62,908 bases of DNA from Christensenellaceae bacterium (GTDB taxonomy: Bacteria > Bacillota > Clostridia > Christensenellales > CAAEEZ01), in NCBI GenBank assembly GCA_020024085.1, contig JAHHUG010000001.1, positions 1 to 62,908 of the forward strand, given 5' to 3'. This document shows, piece by piece, positions 10,100-18,111 of the stretch (position 1 is its first letter; every line of letters starts with the position of its first letter). The notes beneath the pieces were generated by a model that worked only from the letters and a program-made list of their open reading frames with translations, was not told the origin of the DNA and did not search any database. Position numbers and translations under genes: made by a program.

Positions 10100-11039
10100 A
10101 AGTGCAGTATTAACAACCTTGGAAAAACATCGAGATGAGTTTTTTTCAGGTGAAATGCTTGCAAAAAAAATAGGTGCTACCCGTTCTGCTGTAAATAAGG
10201 CTATCAAACAACTAAGGAATGAGGGGTATAACATTGATGCAGTATCTAACAAAGGGTACTCATTAGTACATACCGATTTGCTTAGTGAAGAGGGTATTAG
10301 ATATTACCTAGATGATAAAAATAAGGATATCAAAATCAACTTTTTTAAGGAAATTGATTCTACTAATAACGAGGCAAAAAGGGTGATTTATTCCGAAGTT
10401 AAGCCAAGTATTTTTGTAAGCGAAATGCAAACAAACGGCAGAGGAAGGCTTGGTAGAAACTTCTATTCGCCTTGTGGAGAAAGCATATATTTAAGCCTAC
10501 TTGTTAAGCCGAATACTAGCCTAGGATTAAAGATAACATCTTATGTTGCAGTTGCAGTTAGTGACGCAATTGAGAGTTTAACTGGTCAAAATGTTGGTAT
10601 AAAGTGGGTAAATGACATTTATATTAATGATAAAAAGGTTGTAGGAATACTTTGTGAGGGTGTTAGTAGCCTAGAAAATAACGAGATTGAAGCAGTAGTT
10701 ATTGGGGTTGGACTTAATTGCCGAGTTAAGAATTTTCCAGAAGAAATCAAGGATATTGCAGGCAATATTTTGGATAATAGTACTATTACAAGAAATGAGT
10801 TTTGTGCAAAGGTAATTGATAATATTTTGGATATCCTAACGAAAATTGATGATAATAGCGTTATGGAAAAATACCGTGAAAAGTCTATTGTTATTGGTAA
10901 GGATATTCGCTACATAAAAAACGGCGAAACATTGTTTGGCAAGGTAAAAAACATTAATGACAATGGAGCACTTGTTGTTGAAGATAATGGTGTGGAAAAA
11001 ATTATCGACACTGGAGAGGTTACCATTCGTAATGTATAA
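10086..11039 (+). CDS. birA: bifunctional biotin--[acetyl-CoA-carboxylase] ligase / biotin operon repressor
   Basis: N-terminal winged HTH (GEMLAKKIGATRSAVNKAIKQLR) and the biotin-binding loop GRGRLGRNF. ATG at 10086 is preferred (MKNVKSAVL...) and overlaps the pflA end by 14 nt. The 17 extra codons in the ORF track look spurious. Confidence 0.85.
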   Translation: MKNVKSAVLTTLEKHRDEFFSGEMLAKKIGATRSAVNKAIKQLRNEGYNIDAVSNKGYSLVHTDLLSEEGIRYYLDDKNKDIKINFFKEIDSTNNEAKRVIYSEVKPSIFVSEMQTNGRGRLGRNFYSPCGESIYLSLLVKPNTSLGLKITSYVAVAVSDAIESLTGQNVGIKWVNDIYINDKKVVGILCEGVSSLENNEIEAVVIGVGLNCRVKNFPEEIKDIAGNILDNSTITRNEFCAKVIDNILDILTKIDDNSVMEKYREKSIVIGKDIRYIKNGETLFGKVKNINDNGALVVEDNGVEKIIDTGEVTIRNV

Positions 11040-11071
11040 ATTTAGGTTATATTGATATAAACAAAAATATT

Positions 11072-11117
11072 AGTCAAATTATTTTTTTAGTTAAAAATAG
11101 TTTGACTTTATTATTTT
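11072..11117 (+). terminator. AT-rich intrinsic terminator after birA
   Basis: 15-bp hairpin AGTCAAATTATTTTT / AAAAATAGTTTGACT (one G-U pair), followed by TTATTATTTT. Confidence 0.55.
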
Positions 11118-11130
11118 AAAATTATAGAAT
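11102..11130 (+). promoter_or_regulatory. sigma-A-type promoter for the MATE transporter gene
   Basis: TTGACT (11102-11107), 17-nt spacer, TAGAAT (11125-11130). Confidence 0.5.
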
Positions 11131-11177
11131 AATCAATTGAAAATATGATTAATAATTTTAAATTATTGAGGTAGTAA

Positions 11178-12551
11178 ATGTTAAAAAATAATTTAGGTGA
11201 AGATAGGGTTTTTCCACTTGTATTAAAGCTTGCAATTCCTGCGATGTTAGCTCAATTTGTCAATGTTTTATATACAATCGTGGATAGATTTTTCGTATCG
11301 CAAATACCAGATATTGGCGACCTTGCACTTGCTAGCGTAGGTGTAGTTTCTCCTATTACCACTTTTATTATTTCGTTTGCATTTCTTGTTGGTCTTGGTG
11401 GAGCACCACTTATGGCAATTAAAATGGGCGAACAAAATAACCAACGGGCAGAAAAAATATTGTTCAATTGTGTGTTTAGTTTGTTTGTTGTTTCTGTTAT
11501 CTTAATGATTTTGGGCTATTCCTTAAAAAATTATTTTTTAGTGTGGTTTGGTGCAAGTAGTAAAACATTTCCTCTTGCTAATGAATATATTACATATTAC
11601 CTAATTGGTACAATTTTTGCTGTGTGTGGACTAGGACTTAATAGCTTTATCACGGCTCAAGGTTATTCGGCAGTTAGTATGACCTTTGTAATTATTTCAG
11701 CCCTTACAAATATATTGCTTGACTATGTGTTTATTATGATACTTAAGATGGGTGTAAAGGGTGCAGCAGTTGCAACAGTTATTGCCCAAGCAGTAGGCTT
11801 TTTGTTAATGTTTGGATTCTTGCTTAGCAAAAAATCAAAGATTAGGATTAAGTTTCAAAAGTTGGATTTTTCAATTATCAAAAAAGTAATGATAATGGGA
11901 TTTGGACCTTTCTTTATTAACTCTACTGATAGTCTATTAATTATCTTACTAAATACCGTTCTTCAAAAAGCAGGTGGTGCAGAAATGGGAGATATTTACC
12001 TATCTGCAATAACAATTGTTGTGTCGTTTTTCCAACTTGTTACAAATCCACTTAATGGTATCACAATGGGTACTCAACCGATTATTAGTTACAATTACGG
12101 AGCTAAAAACATTAAGCGTGTAAAAAGTGCAATGATATCAATTGTTTCGTGTTGTGTGGTATTCTGCTTAAGTATGACTTTGTTCTCACAACTTGGTGCA
12201 GATAAGTTTGTATTTTTGTTTACCGATAATCCGGTTGTTGCTGAAGTTGCTGTAAAATGGATAAAAATTTATTGTGCAGGTGTAATGTGTCTTGCAATAC
12301 AATATCCAACTGTTGATATGATGGTTGCAATGGGGCAAGCACTACCTAGTGCATCAATGTCGTTTAATCGTAAAATGGCTATTGCCGTACTTACTGCGAC
12401 ACTTCCACTAGCTCTTGGAGCAAATGGTGGTGTAATTGCTGAGCCTATTGGCGATGGATATTCTATGATTGTAAGTGGTATTTTATTTATTATTGTTGCT
12501 AGAAAGGCTTTGAAGAAGAGGGAGCAAGAGCAAATTATAATAGAACCATAA
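11178..12551 (+). CDS. MATE family efflux transporter
   Basis: 457 aa, about 12 TM helices, with a typical MATE N-terminus (LVLKLAIPAMLAQFVNVLYTIVDRFFVSQ). Confidence 0.85.
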   Translation: MLKNNLGEDRVFPLVLKLAIPAMLAQFVNVLYTIVDRFFVSQIPDIGDLALASVGVVSPITTFIISFAFLVGLGGAPLMAIKMGEQNNQRAEKILFNCVFSLFVVSVILMILGYSLKNYFLVWFGASSKTFPLANEYITYYLIGTIFAVCGLGLNSFITAQGYSAVSMTFVIISALTNILLDYVFIMILKMGVKGAAVATVIAQAVGFLLMFGFLLSKKSKIRIKFQKLDFSIIKKVMIMGFGPFFINSTDSLLIILLNTVLQKAGGAEMGDIYLSAITIVVSFFQLVTNPLNGITMGTQPIISYNYGAKNIKRVKSAMISIVSCCVVFCLSMTLFSQLGADKFVFLFTDNPVVAEVAVKWIKIYCAGVMCLAIQYPTVDMMVAMGQALPSASMSFNRKMAIAVLTATLPLALGANGGVIAEPIGDGYSMIVSGILFIIVARKALKKREQEQIIIEP

Positions 12552-12695
12552 TTGCACAAACGGTGTTTTATCTATTGATTTCGATGGATAAAATATTATA
12601 TTTTGTTATTTTATTCATTTTGATTTGATTGAATAGATAAACAAAACAATATTTTATTATATTTTGTAATAAAATAATAGTTTTTTGAAATTTTA

Positions 12696-12724
12696 TTGAC
12701 ATCTATATTTTGATGTGATAAAAT
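12696..12724 (+). promoter_or_regulatory. near-consensus sigma-A promoter upstream of the sORF and the CorC-family gene
   Basis: TTGACA (12696-12701), 17-nt spacer, extended -10 TGaTAAAAT (12716-12724). Confidence 0.65.
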
Positions 12725-12749
12725 TAATACAATTAATTAAGGAGATATT

Positions 12750-12881
12750 TTGGAAGATATAGCTAACCCCCCAGATGAACCTTTAGCTGAGGTTGAGGGA
12801 TTACAATTAAATAAAATATTTGAATTACCACTATTTTTTAATGGTGGTGATTGTGTTTGTAGCTTTACTTATTTTAAGTAA
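12750..12881 (+). CDS. candidate 43-codon small ORF (hypothetical peptide MEDIANPPDEPLAEVEGLQLNKIFELPLFFNGGDCVCSFTYFK)
   Basis: Below the ORF-track size cut-off. AAGGAG (12739-12744) lies 5 nt upstream of a TTG start. By eye the segment looks less AT-rich than the flanking intergenic DNA. It lies between a strong promoter and the next gene. The TTG start and lack of any recognised family keep confidence low. Confidence 0.3.
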   Translation: MEDIANPPDEPLAEVEGLQLNKIFELPLFFNGGDCVCSFTYFK

Positions 12882-12913
12882 GGCTATTTTGCTATATTAA
12901 AAAAGGAGAAAAA

Positions 12914-14227
12914 ATGGAAGTCGGGCTGACGATTGCACTTATTATTTTAATTATTTTTTCTGGTTACTTTTCTGCTACGGAAACAGCTTATACCAGTTTA
13001 AGTAGAATCAAATTGAAAAATATGATGCAAAAAAAGAACAAAAGAGCAGAGCTTGTGTATAAGCAAGGTGAAAATTATGATAGAGTACTATCAACTATTC
13101 TTGTTGGTAACAATATTGTAAATATCGCAGCAGCTACTATTGGTACAATTTTATTTACTGGTGCGTTAGGTGGTGAGTTAGGACCTACTATTTCTACTGT
13201 TGTACTTACAATAGTTGTGCTTATTTTTGGTGAGGTAATGCCAAAGTCAATAGCAAAGGAATATCCAGAAAAATTTGCTATGTTATCTGCACCATTATTG
13301 CAGTTGTTTATTTACCTATTTATTCCACTAACATATTTTTTCCACTTGCTAAAGCTTTTAGCTAAAAAAATCATAAAGTCTAATGATGAAAATAGGTCTA
13401 TTACCGAAGATGAATTGATTACTATTGTTGAGGAATCTGAAAATGGTGGTGTACTTGATGAGCACGAAAGCGAGCTTATTAGGTCTGCTATTGAGTTTAA
13501 TGACCTTGAGGTTGTAGAGATACTTACTCCTCGTGTAGATATGGTAGCGATTGATATTACCACTCCACTAGATGAGATTAGCAAAATTTTTAGAGAAAGT
13601 GGATATTCAAGATTACCTGTTTATAAGGAAAGCATTGATAATATCATTGGTTTTATTCACGAAAAAGACTTTTATATGATGCTTTACAATAAGGGCAAGG
13701 ACTTAAATAGTATTCTTCAAAAGATAATTTGTACTGCACCTACTATCAAAATTTCTAGTCTACTTAGGGAGCTTCAACTTGAAAAATGCCATATTGCAAT
13801 CGTTATTGATGAGTATGGTGGCACAAAAGGTATGGTTACAATGGAGGATATCCTAGAGGAGCTTGTAGGTGAAATTTGGGACGAACACGACGAAATGGTT
13901 GATGAAATCATTGATAACAATGATGGTACATACACCGTTCTTGCTTCAACCACATTGGAGGATTTGTTTCAGTATTTTGATGTCGAGACTGACGATGAGG
14001 ACTTTACTTCAATTTCTGTAAACGGTTGGTTGAGTGAGATTATAGACAAAATGCCAGAGGTTAACGACGAGTTTGACTTCGAAAATATACATGTTAAAGT
14101 TAAGGAACTTGATGGTAGAAGGGTACATTCCGTACTTGTTACAAAAATAGAAAAACCTGTCGATGAAGATAAACGAGATGGTTTGCTTGAAGATATCAAG
14201 AAAAATTTATCGGATAGTGAGGATTAG
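12914..14227 (+). CDS. HlyC/CorC (CNNM) family transporter: DUF21 membrane domain, CBS pair and CorC_HlyC domain
   Basis: N-terminal DUF21 signature (FSGYFSATETAYTSLSRIKLKNM), a central CBS pair and a C-terminal CorC/HlyC transporter-associated domain. Confidence 0.85.
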   Translation: MEVGLTIALIILIIFSGYFSATETAYTSLSRIKLKNMMQKKNKRAELVYKQGENYDRVLSTILVGNNIVNIAAATIGTILFTGALGGELGPTISTVVLTIVVLIFGEVMPKSIAKEYPEKFAMLSAPLLQLFIYLFIPLTYFFHLLKLLAKKIIKSNDENRSITEDELITIVEESENGGVLDEHESELIRSAIEFNDLEVVEILTPRVDMVAIDITTPLDEISKIFRESGYSRLPVYKESIDNIIGFIHEKDFYMMLYNKGKDLNSILQKIICTAPTIKISSLLRELQLEKCHIAIVIDEYGGTKGMVTMEDILEELVGEIWDEHDEMVDEIIDNNDGTYTVLASTTLEDLFQYFDVETDDEDFTSISVNGWLSEIIDKMPEVNDEFDFENIHVKVKELDGRRVHSVLVTKIEKPVDEDKRDGLLEDIKKNLSDSED

Positions 14228-14228
14228 T

Positions 14229-14948
14229 ATGGAAAGATATATCGAATTAGAAGATGGCGAAATATTTGTAGACACTTATGGCGATGAGCAAAAATACCCA
14301 CTTGTTCTTCTTCACGGAAATGGTGAGGATAGTGGATATTTTATAAGACAAATAGAGTATTTTAGTGATAAGTATTATGTTATTGCTATTGATTCAAGAG
14401 GTCATGGTCATAGCAGTTACAATGGCGAAAAGTTGACTATAAATAAACTTGCAGATGATGTGATTAAGGTACTTGACATAATGGATATTAACTGTGCAAA
14501 CTTTTTAGGATTTTCAGATGGTGGAAATGTGCTAATCAGCATTGCACTTAAAAAACCAGAGCTAATTAACAAAATGATACTTAATGGTGCAAACCTTAAT
14601 CCAAGTGGTGTAAACTTCTTTGTAAATCTAAAAATTTATTTTGGATACTTTGCACTAGCTGTTAAAAGTTTGTTTGACGAAACATACAAGAAGGATAAAG
14701 CAGTTTGGAAACTTATGGTAAACGAACCAAAGTTCACATACAAAATGCTACACGACATCAAAACTGATACACTTGTACTTGTAGGTAATAGAGATTTGAT
14801 AAAGTCTCACCACTCAAAAAAGATTGCAGAAAATATCAAGGGTGCAACCTTTATTGAAATGGAGGGTAGTCATTTTATTGCAGAGGAAGAACCTCTTGAG
14901 TTTAACAAAATTGTAGATGAATTTTTATTAAAAAAGGCGAGCTATTAA
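14229..14948 (+). CDS. alpha/beta hydrolase
   Basis: HGNGED oxyanion region and nucleophile elbow GFSDGG. ATG at 14229 (GAGGA 6 nt upstream) is preferred over the upstream start that overlaps the CorC-family gene. Confidence 0.75.
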   Translation: MERYIELEDGEIFVDTYGDEQKYPLVLLHGNGEDSGYFIRQIEYFSDKYYVIAIDSRGHGHSSYNGEKLTINKLADDVIKVLDIMDINCANFLGFSDGGNVLISIALKKPELINKMILNGANLNPSGVNFFVNLKIYFGYFALAVKSLFDETYKKDKAVWKLMVNEPKFTYKMLHDIKTDTLVLVGNRDLIKSHHSKKIAENIKGATFIEMEGSHFIAEEEPLEFNKIVDEFLLKKASY

Positions 14949-14962
14949 GCTTGCCTTTTTTT
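14934..14962 (+). terminator. intrinsic terminator after the hydrolase gene
   Basis: AAGGCGAGC / GCTTGCCTT hairpin (one G-U pair) overlapping the stop codon, followed by a T7 run. Confidence 0.7.
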
Positions 14963-15015
14963 GTAAATAATAGATTTTACTTTGAAAGTAAATTTATGGG
15001 TTTTAATATATGCAA

Positions 15016-15046
15016 ATTAAAAAAGGTAAAGCATAACTTTACCTTT
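15016..15046 (-). terminator. intrinsic terminator of purC
   Basis: AAAGGTAAAG / CTTTACCTTT 10-bp stem with a 5-nt loop. On the minus strand it is followed by TTTTT. Confidence 0.75.
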
Positions 15047-15052
15047 ATTATA

Positions 15053-15736
15053 TTATTTGCCTAGTATTAGTGGAGCATACTCAAGTGGTTTTAAGAATTT
15101 GCCATCTTTTGTAGCTCTCATATTGCCACCACTGATTTCATCAATTAGTATTACTTTGCCATCTTCAGTGATACCAAATTCAAACTTGATATCATACAAG
15201 GTTGCACCTTTTGTTGCAAGAACATCTTTTACAATCTTTGTAATTTCGATAGTTCTCTTTTTTAACTCCTCGTACTCGTTATACTTCAAGATGTTTAGCA
15301 TATCTAGTGCATCAGCAGTAATTAGTGGGTCCTCTCTGTCATCATCTTTAAGTGTGATTTCTACATAGTAGTCAAGGTCTTGTCCCTCTTTGCAGAAGTC
15401 GCCATATCTACGGAAGAAACTGCCAACAGCTTTTAGTCTACATATAACCTCTAAGCCGTTACCAAATTTACGAGCAGGAACAACCTCCATTGTACCTTCA
15501 GTTAGATTACTTTTTACAAAATGGTTTGGAATACCTTTTTTTGTAAGCATCTCATAAAAATAGGTTGTAAGTTCAAGTGCGTGTTGTCCAAGTCCTTCAA
15601 TTGTGCAACCAACATGATTAGCACCTGGGTCAAATACTCCGTCCTTGCCGGTAGCATCGTCTTTGAACTTTAGCAAATAATTGCCATTTTCAAGAGAATA
15701 AACATCTTTTGTTTTGCCTTTGTAAACTAGATTCAT
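15053..15736 (-). CDS. purC: phosphoribosylaminoimidazole-succinocarboxamide synthase (SAICAR synthase)
   Basis: 227 aa with a typical PurC N-terminus (LVYKGKTKDVYSLENGNYLLKFKDDATG). GGGAGG Shine-Dalgarno upstream. Divergent from purE. Confidence 0.9.
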   Translation of the reverse strand: MNLVYKGKTKDVYSLENGNYLLKFKDDATGKDGVFDPGANHVGCTIEGLGQHALELTTYFYEMLTKKGIPNHFVKSNLTEGTMEVVPARKFGNGLEVICRLKAVGSFFRRYGDFCKEGQDLDYYVEITLKDDDREDPLITADALDMLNILKYNEYEELKKRTIEITKIVKDVLATKGATLYDIKFEFGITEDGKVILIDEISGGNMRATKDGKFLKPLEYAPLILGK

Positions 15737-15773
15737 ACTAAGCCTCCCTTCGCTTTTATACCTTTATTATATA

Positions 15774-15788
15774 CATTTCGATAAAAAA
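15774..15788 (-). promoter_or_regulatory. 15-nt motif TTTTTTATCGAAATG within the purC promoter (candidate operator, PurBox-like CGAA core)
   Basis: Read on the minus strand: ...GCTTTTTTTATCGAAATGTATATAAT, so the motif abuts a TGtATATAAT-type -10 element about 30 nt upstream of the purC SD. An identical 15-mer occurs on the + strand at 15958-15972. Confidence 0.45.
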
Positions 15789-15957
15789 AGCAACAAGTTT
15801 TTATTTCCCTAAATTTACGAATATTTATATAGGTATAACTTGCAGTTATAACAGAATAGGTGATAATGAAAAATCTTTATAATAGAATAAAACAATATAA
15901 TATTAATCCCTATATATATAGTATATAGTAAGGATTCAGCGATTTTTATGTAAAAAA

Positions 15958-15972
15958 TTTTTTATCGAAATG
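15958..15972 (+). promoter_or_regulatory. second copy of TTTTTTATCGAAATG, facing the purE operon (candidate operator)
   Basis: The exact 15-mer in inverted orientation relative to 15774-15788. It is followed by GTATGTAT, which resembles the TATATAAT after the other copy. Confidence 0.45.
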
Positions 15973-16021
15973 GTATGTATTTTTGTTTGTTTTATTTTTT
16001 TAGTTATGCTATTATTTAAGT

Positions 16022-16196
16022 ATCAAGCGAGGTTAAGTATGATTTTTATCCCGATTAAACCAAAAAAGAAAACTTCTTGGATATTCACTCATAGCGAGTG
16101 GAAGGTGTCTTACGGGGTAAAAAGAGGACAAAACTGCAAACTACAAACTAATAAAGGATAATACCGGTTATTTCTGCGAGGAATAGCCGGTTTTTT
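16022..16196 (+). promoter_or_regulatory. unclassified pur-operon leader ending in an intrinsic terminator (attenuator)
   Basis: Possible extended -10 TGcTATTAT at 16007-16015. The terminator is CCGGTTATT, a 9-nt loop, AATAGCCGG, then T6 (16163-16196), only 17 nt before the purE start region. Internal hairpin CACTC-ATAGC-GAGTG at 16086-16100. Tandem CAAACTA CAAACTA at 16137-16150. I saw no purine, ZTP or clear ykkC-type signatures. Confidence 0.6.
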
Positions 16197-16213
16197 ATTT
16201 ACAAGGAGAAGGT

Positions 16214-16708
16214 ATGAAAAAAGTTGGTATTGTAATGGGTAGCATACATGATTACGAGGTTGTAAAGCCTTGTATTGATATTTTGTCTGATTTTGGAGTG
16301 GATACAGAAGTACGAGTAATATCAGCTCATAGAACTCCTATTGAGGCAATGGAGTTTGCAACTACTGCAAAGCAAAATGGAATTGAGGTTATTATTTCAG
16401 TTGCAGGAAAAGCTGCACATCTTGGTGGAGTACTTGCAAGTTATACAACATTACCTATTATAGGTCTTCCAGTTAAAAGTTCGCTAGAAGATGGACTTGA
16501 TAGTTTGCTTTCAACAGTTCAAATGCCAAACGGAGTACCTGTTGCAACAGTAGCAATCAATGGTGGACAAAATGCAGGACTACTTGCTATTCAAATTCTT
16601 GCAAACAAATATGAGGATTTGGATAAAAAACTTGTAGAGTATAAAAAAGAGATGCAAAATACAGTTAATAATGACAATGCAAAATTGCAAGATATGTTAA
16701 AAAGGTAA
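16214..16708 (+). CDS. purE: 5-(carboxyamino)imidazole ribonucleotide mutase (PurE, class I-like)
   Basis: 164 aa with SAHRTP and AGKAAHLGG motifs typical of PurE. Confidence 0.9.
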   Translation: MKKVGIVMGSIHDYEVVKPCIDILSDFGVDTEVRVISAHRTPIEAMEFATTAKQNGIEVIISVAGKAAHLGGVLASYTTLPIIGLPVKSSLEDGLDSLLSTVQMPNGVPVATVAINGGQNAGLLAIQILANKYEDLDKKLVEYKKEMQNTVNNDNAKLQDMLKR

Positions 16709-16713
16709 GTAAT

Positions 16714-18111
16714 ATGTTTAATTGTGATAAGCCACAAGATGAATGTGGTGTATTTGGAATTTATAGTAATCAAAAAAGGGATTTAGCAAACACCATATAT
16801 TATGGATTGTATGCACTTCAACATCGTGGTCAAGAGGCTGCAGGTATGGCAATTACCGATAACGACAGGATAAAGTATTATAAAAATATTGGTCTTGTTA
16901 GTGAGGTTTTTGAATCAAAGATTAACGAAATGCCAGAAGGCGACATTGCACTTGGCCATGTATTATATGATAGCAGAGTAAAAAAAGGCGAAAACAATGT
17001 AGTTAATACCCAACCTATTGTTTTTAAGGGTAAGGCAGGTTTCTTCTCTCTTGCAATGAATGGTAAAATTACAAATTGCGAAGAGTTAAGACAACAACTT
17101 ATTGAGGAGGGTTGTGTATTCCAAACTAGATTGGATATTGAGGTAATAGGTACTTTAATCAATAAGTTTTGTGCCAAAAAGGATATTGCAAGTGGTATAA
17201 AAAAGGCTATGGACAAGCTTGAAGGTAGCTTTGCAATAGTTGTAATTACCACTAATGAACTATTTGCAATTAGAGATAAATATGGTATGCGACCACTTTG
17301 CTACGGCAAACATTTTGATGAGTACTATGTTGCTAGTGAAAGTTGTGCACTTGATGCTACCGAGGCAAAGTTTGTAAGGGATATCAAGCCTGGCGAGATT
17401 TTGCAAATTAATAGCACTGGTACAAAAAGTATTTATATGGAAAATATCAATCCACACCCTTGTATCTTTGAGTATGTATATACAGCAAGAGCAGATAGTG
17501 TAATTGATGGCACAAGTGTTTACAAGGCAAGGTTTAATTGTGGCAGAATGCTTGCAAAAAACTTTAATCGTGAGGTAGATTTAGTTGCTGGCGTACCTGA
17601 TTCAGCTATTGTCGCAGCTCGTGGATTTGCTTATGAAAGTGGTATTCCTTATGTAGATGTGCTAGAAAAAAATAGATATGTTGGTAGAACATTTATTCAA
17701 CCTAGTCAATACGAGAGGGAAGCGAGTGTAAAAATTAAACTTAATGCTCATAGAATGAATATTCAAGGTAAGAGGATTGCTCTTGTAGATGATTCACTTG
17801 TAAGAGGTACAACTTCAAAAAAGATTGTAGAATTACTTAAAAGCCTTGGTGCAAAGGAAGTGCATTTTATCCTAGCATCACCTATGGTAAAGCACCCTTG
17901 CTATACAGGTATTGATATTGAATCATACGAGGAACTTATGGCAGCAAATTATTCTCTAAAGGAAATGGAGAAAAAGCTAGGTTGCGATAGTTTAACTTTT
18001 ATGAATATTGAAGATTTAGTAAGTTGTTGCAAGTCAGACATAATGGATTCGTTCTGTTCTGCTTGTTTTGATAAAAAATATTATGGGGTAGACCCAAAAG
18101 GAGATAAATAA
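16714..18111 (+). CDS. purF: amidophosphoribosyltransferase
   Basis: Short propeptide followed by the catalytic Cys (DECGVFGIY), a PRTase domain ([11 protein letters not shown]), and C-terminal Cys residues consistent with an Fe-S type PurF. Confidence 0.95.
   Translation: MFNCDKPQDECGVFGIYSNQKRDLANTIYYGLYALQHRGQEAAGMAITDNDRIKYYKNIGLVSEVFESKINEMPEGDIALGHVLYDSRVKKGENNVVNTQPIVFKGKAGFFSLAMNGKITNCEELRQQLIEEGCVFQTRLDIEVIGTLINKFCAKKDIASGIKKAMDKLEGSFAIVVITTNELFAIRDKYGMRPLCYGKHFDEYYVASESCALDATEAKFVRDIKPGEILQINSTGTKSIYMENINPHPCIFEYVYTARADSVIDGTSVYKARFNCGRMLAKNFNREVDLVAGVPDSAIVAARGFAYESGIPYVDVLEKNRYVGRTFIQPSQYEREASVKIKLNAHRMNIQGKRIALVDDSLVRGTTSKKIVELLKSLGAKEVHFILASPMVKHPCYTGIDIESYEELMAANYSLKEMEKKLGCDSLTFMNIEDLVSCCKSDIMDSFCSACFDKKYYGVDPKGDK

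Noticed and set aside
12563-12658. Imperfect long-range inverted repeat TGTTTTATCTATTGA ... TGAATAGATAAACAAAACA after the MATE gene.
   Set aside because: It is interrupted, very AT-rich and has no clear U tract. It may contribute to termination, but I cannot support a discrete feature.
12731-12751. AATTAATTnnGGAGATATTTT occurs both here and at 29001-29021, upstream of the oxidoreductase start.
   Set aside because: The shared part is an AT-rich run plus an SD (GGAG). Two copies are compatible with chance or convergent ribosome-binding-site context, and there is no flanking similarity.
16076-16130. Possible ykkC-family (PRPP/ppGpp) riboswitch in the pur leader, based on GGAUAUU-hairpin-GG and ACGGGGUAAAAAG.
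   Set aside because: The strongly conserved GGUCCGAGAG segment and the P3 hairpin (GGGA...CCCGGGAG) are missing. The similarity is too weak to call, so it is kept as 'unclassified'.
15970-16161. 63-aa ORF in the purC-purE intergenic region, as listed in the ORF track.
   Set aside because: Its first 23 codons run through the promoter region and have no SD. Only the shorter internal version (16039-16161, with GAGG upstream) is retained, and only as a possible leader ORF inside the attenuator finding.
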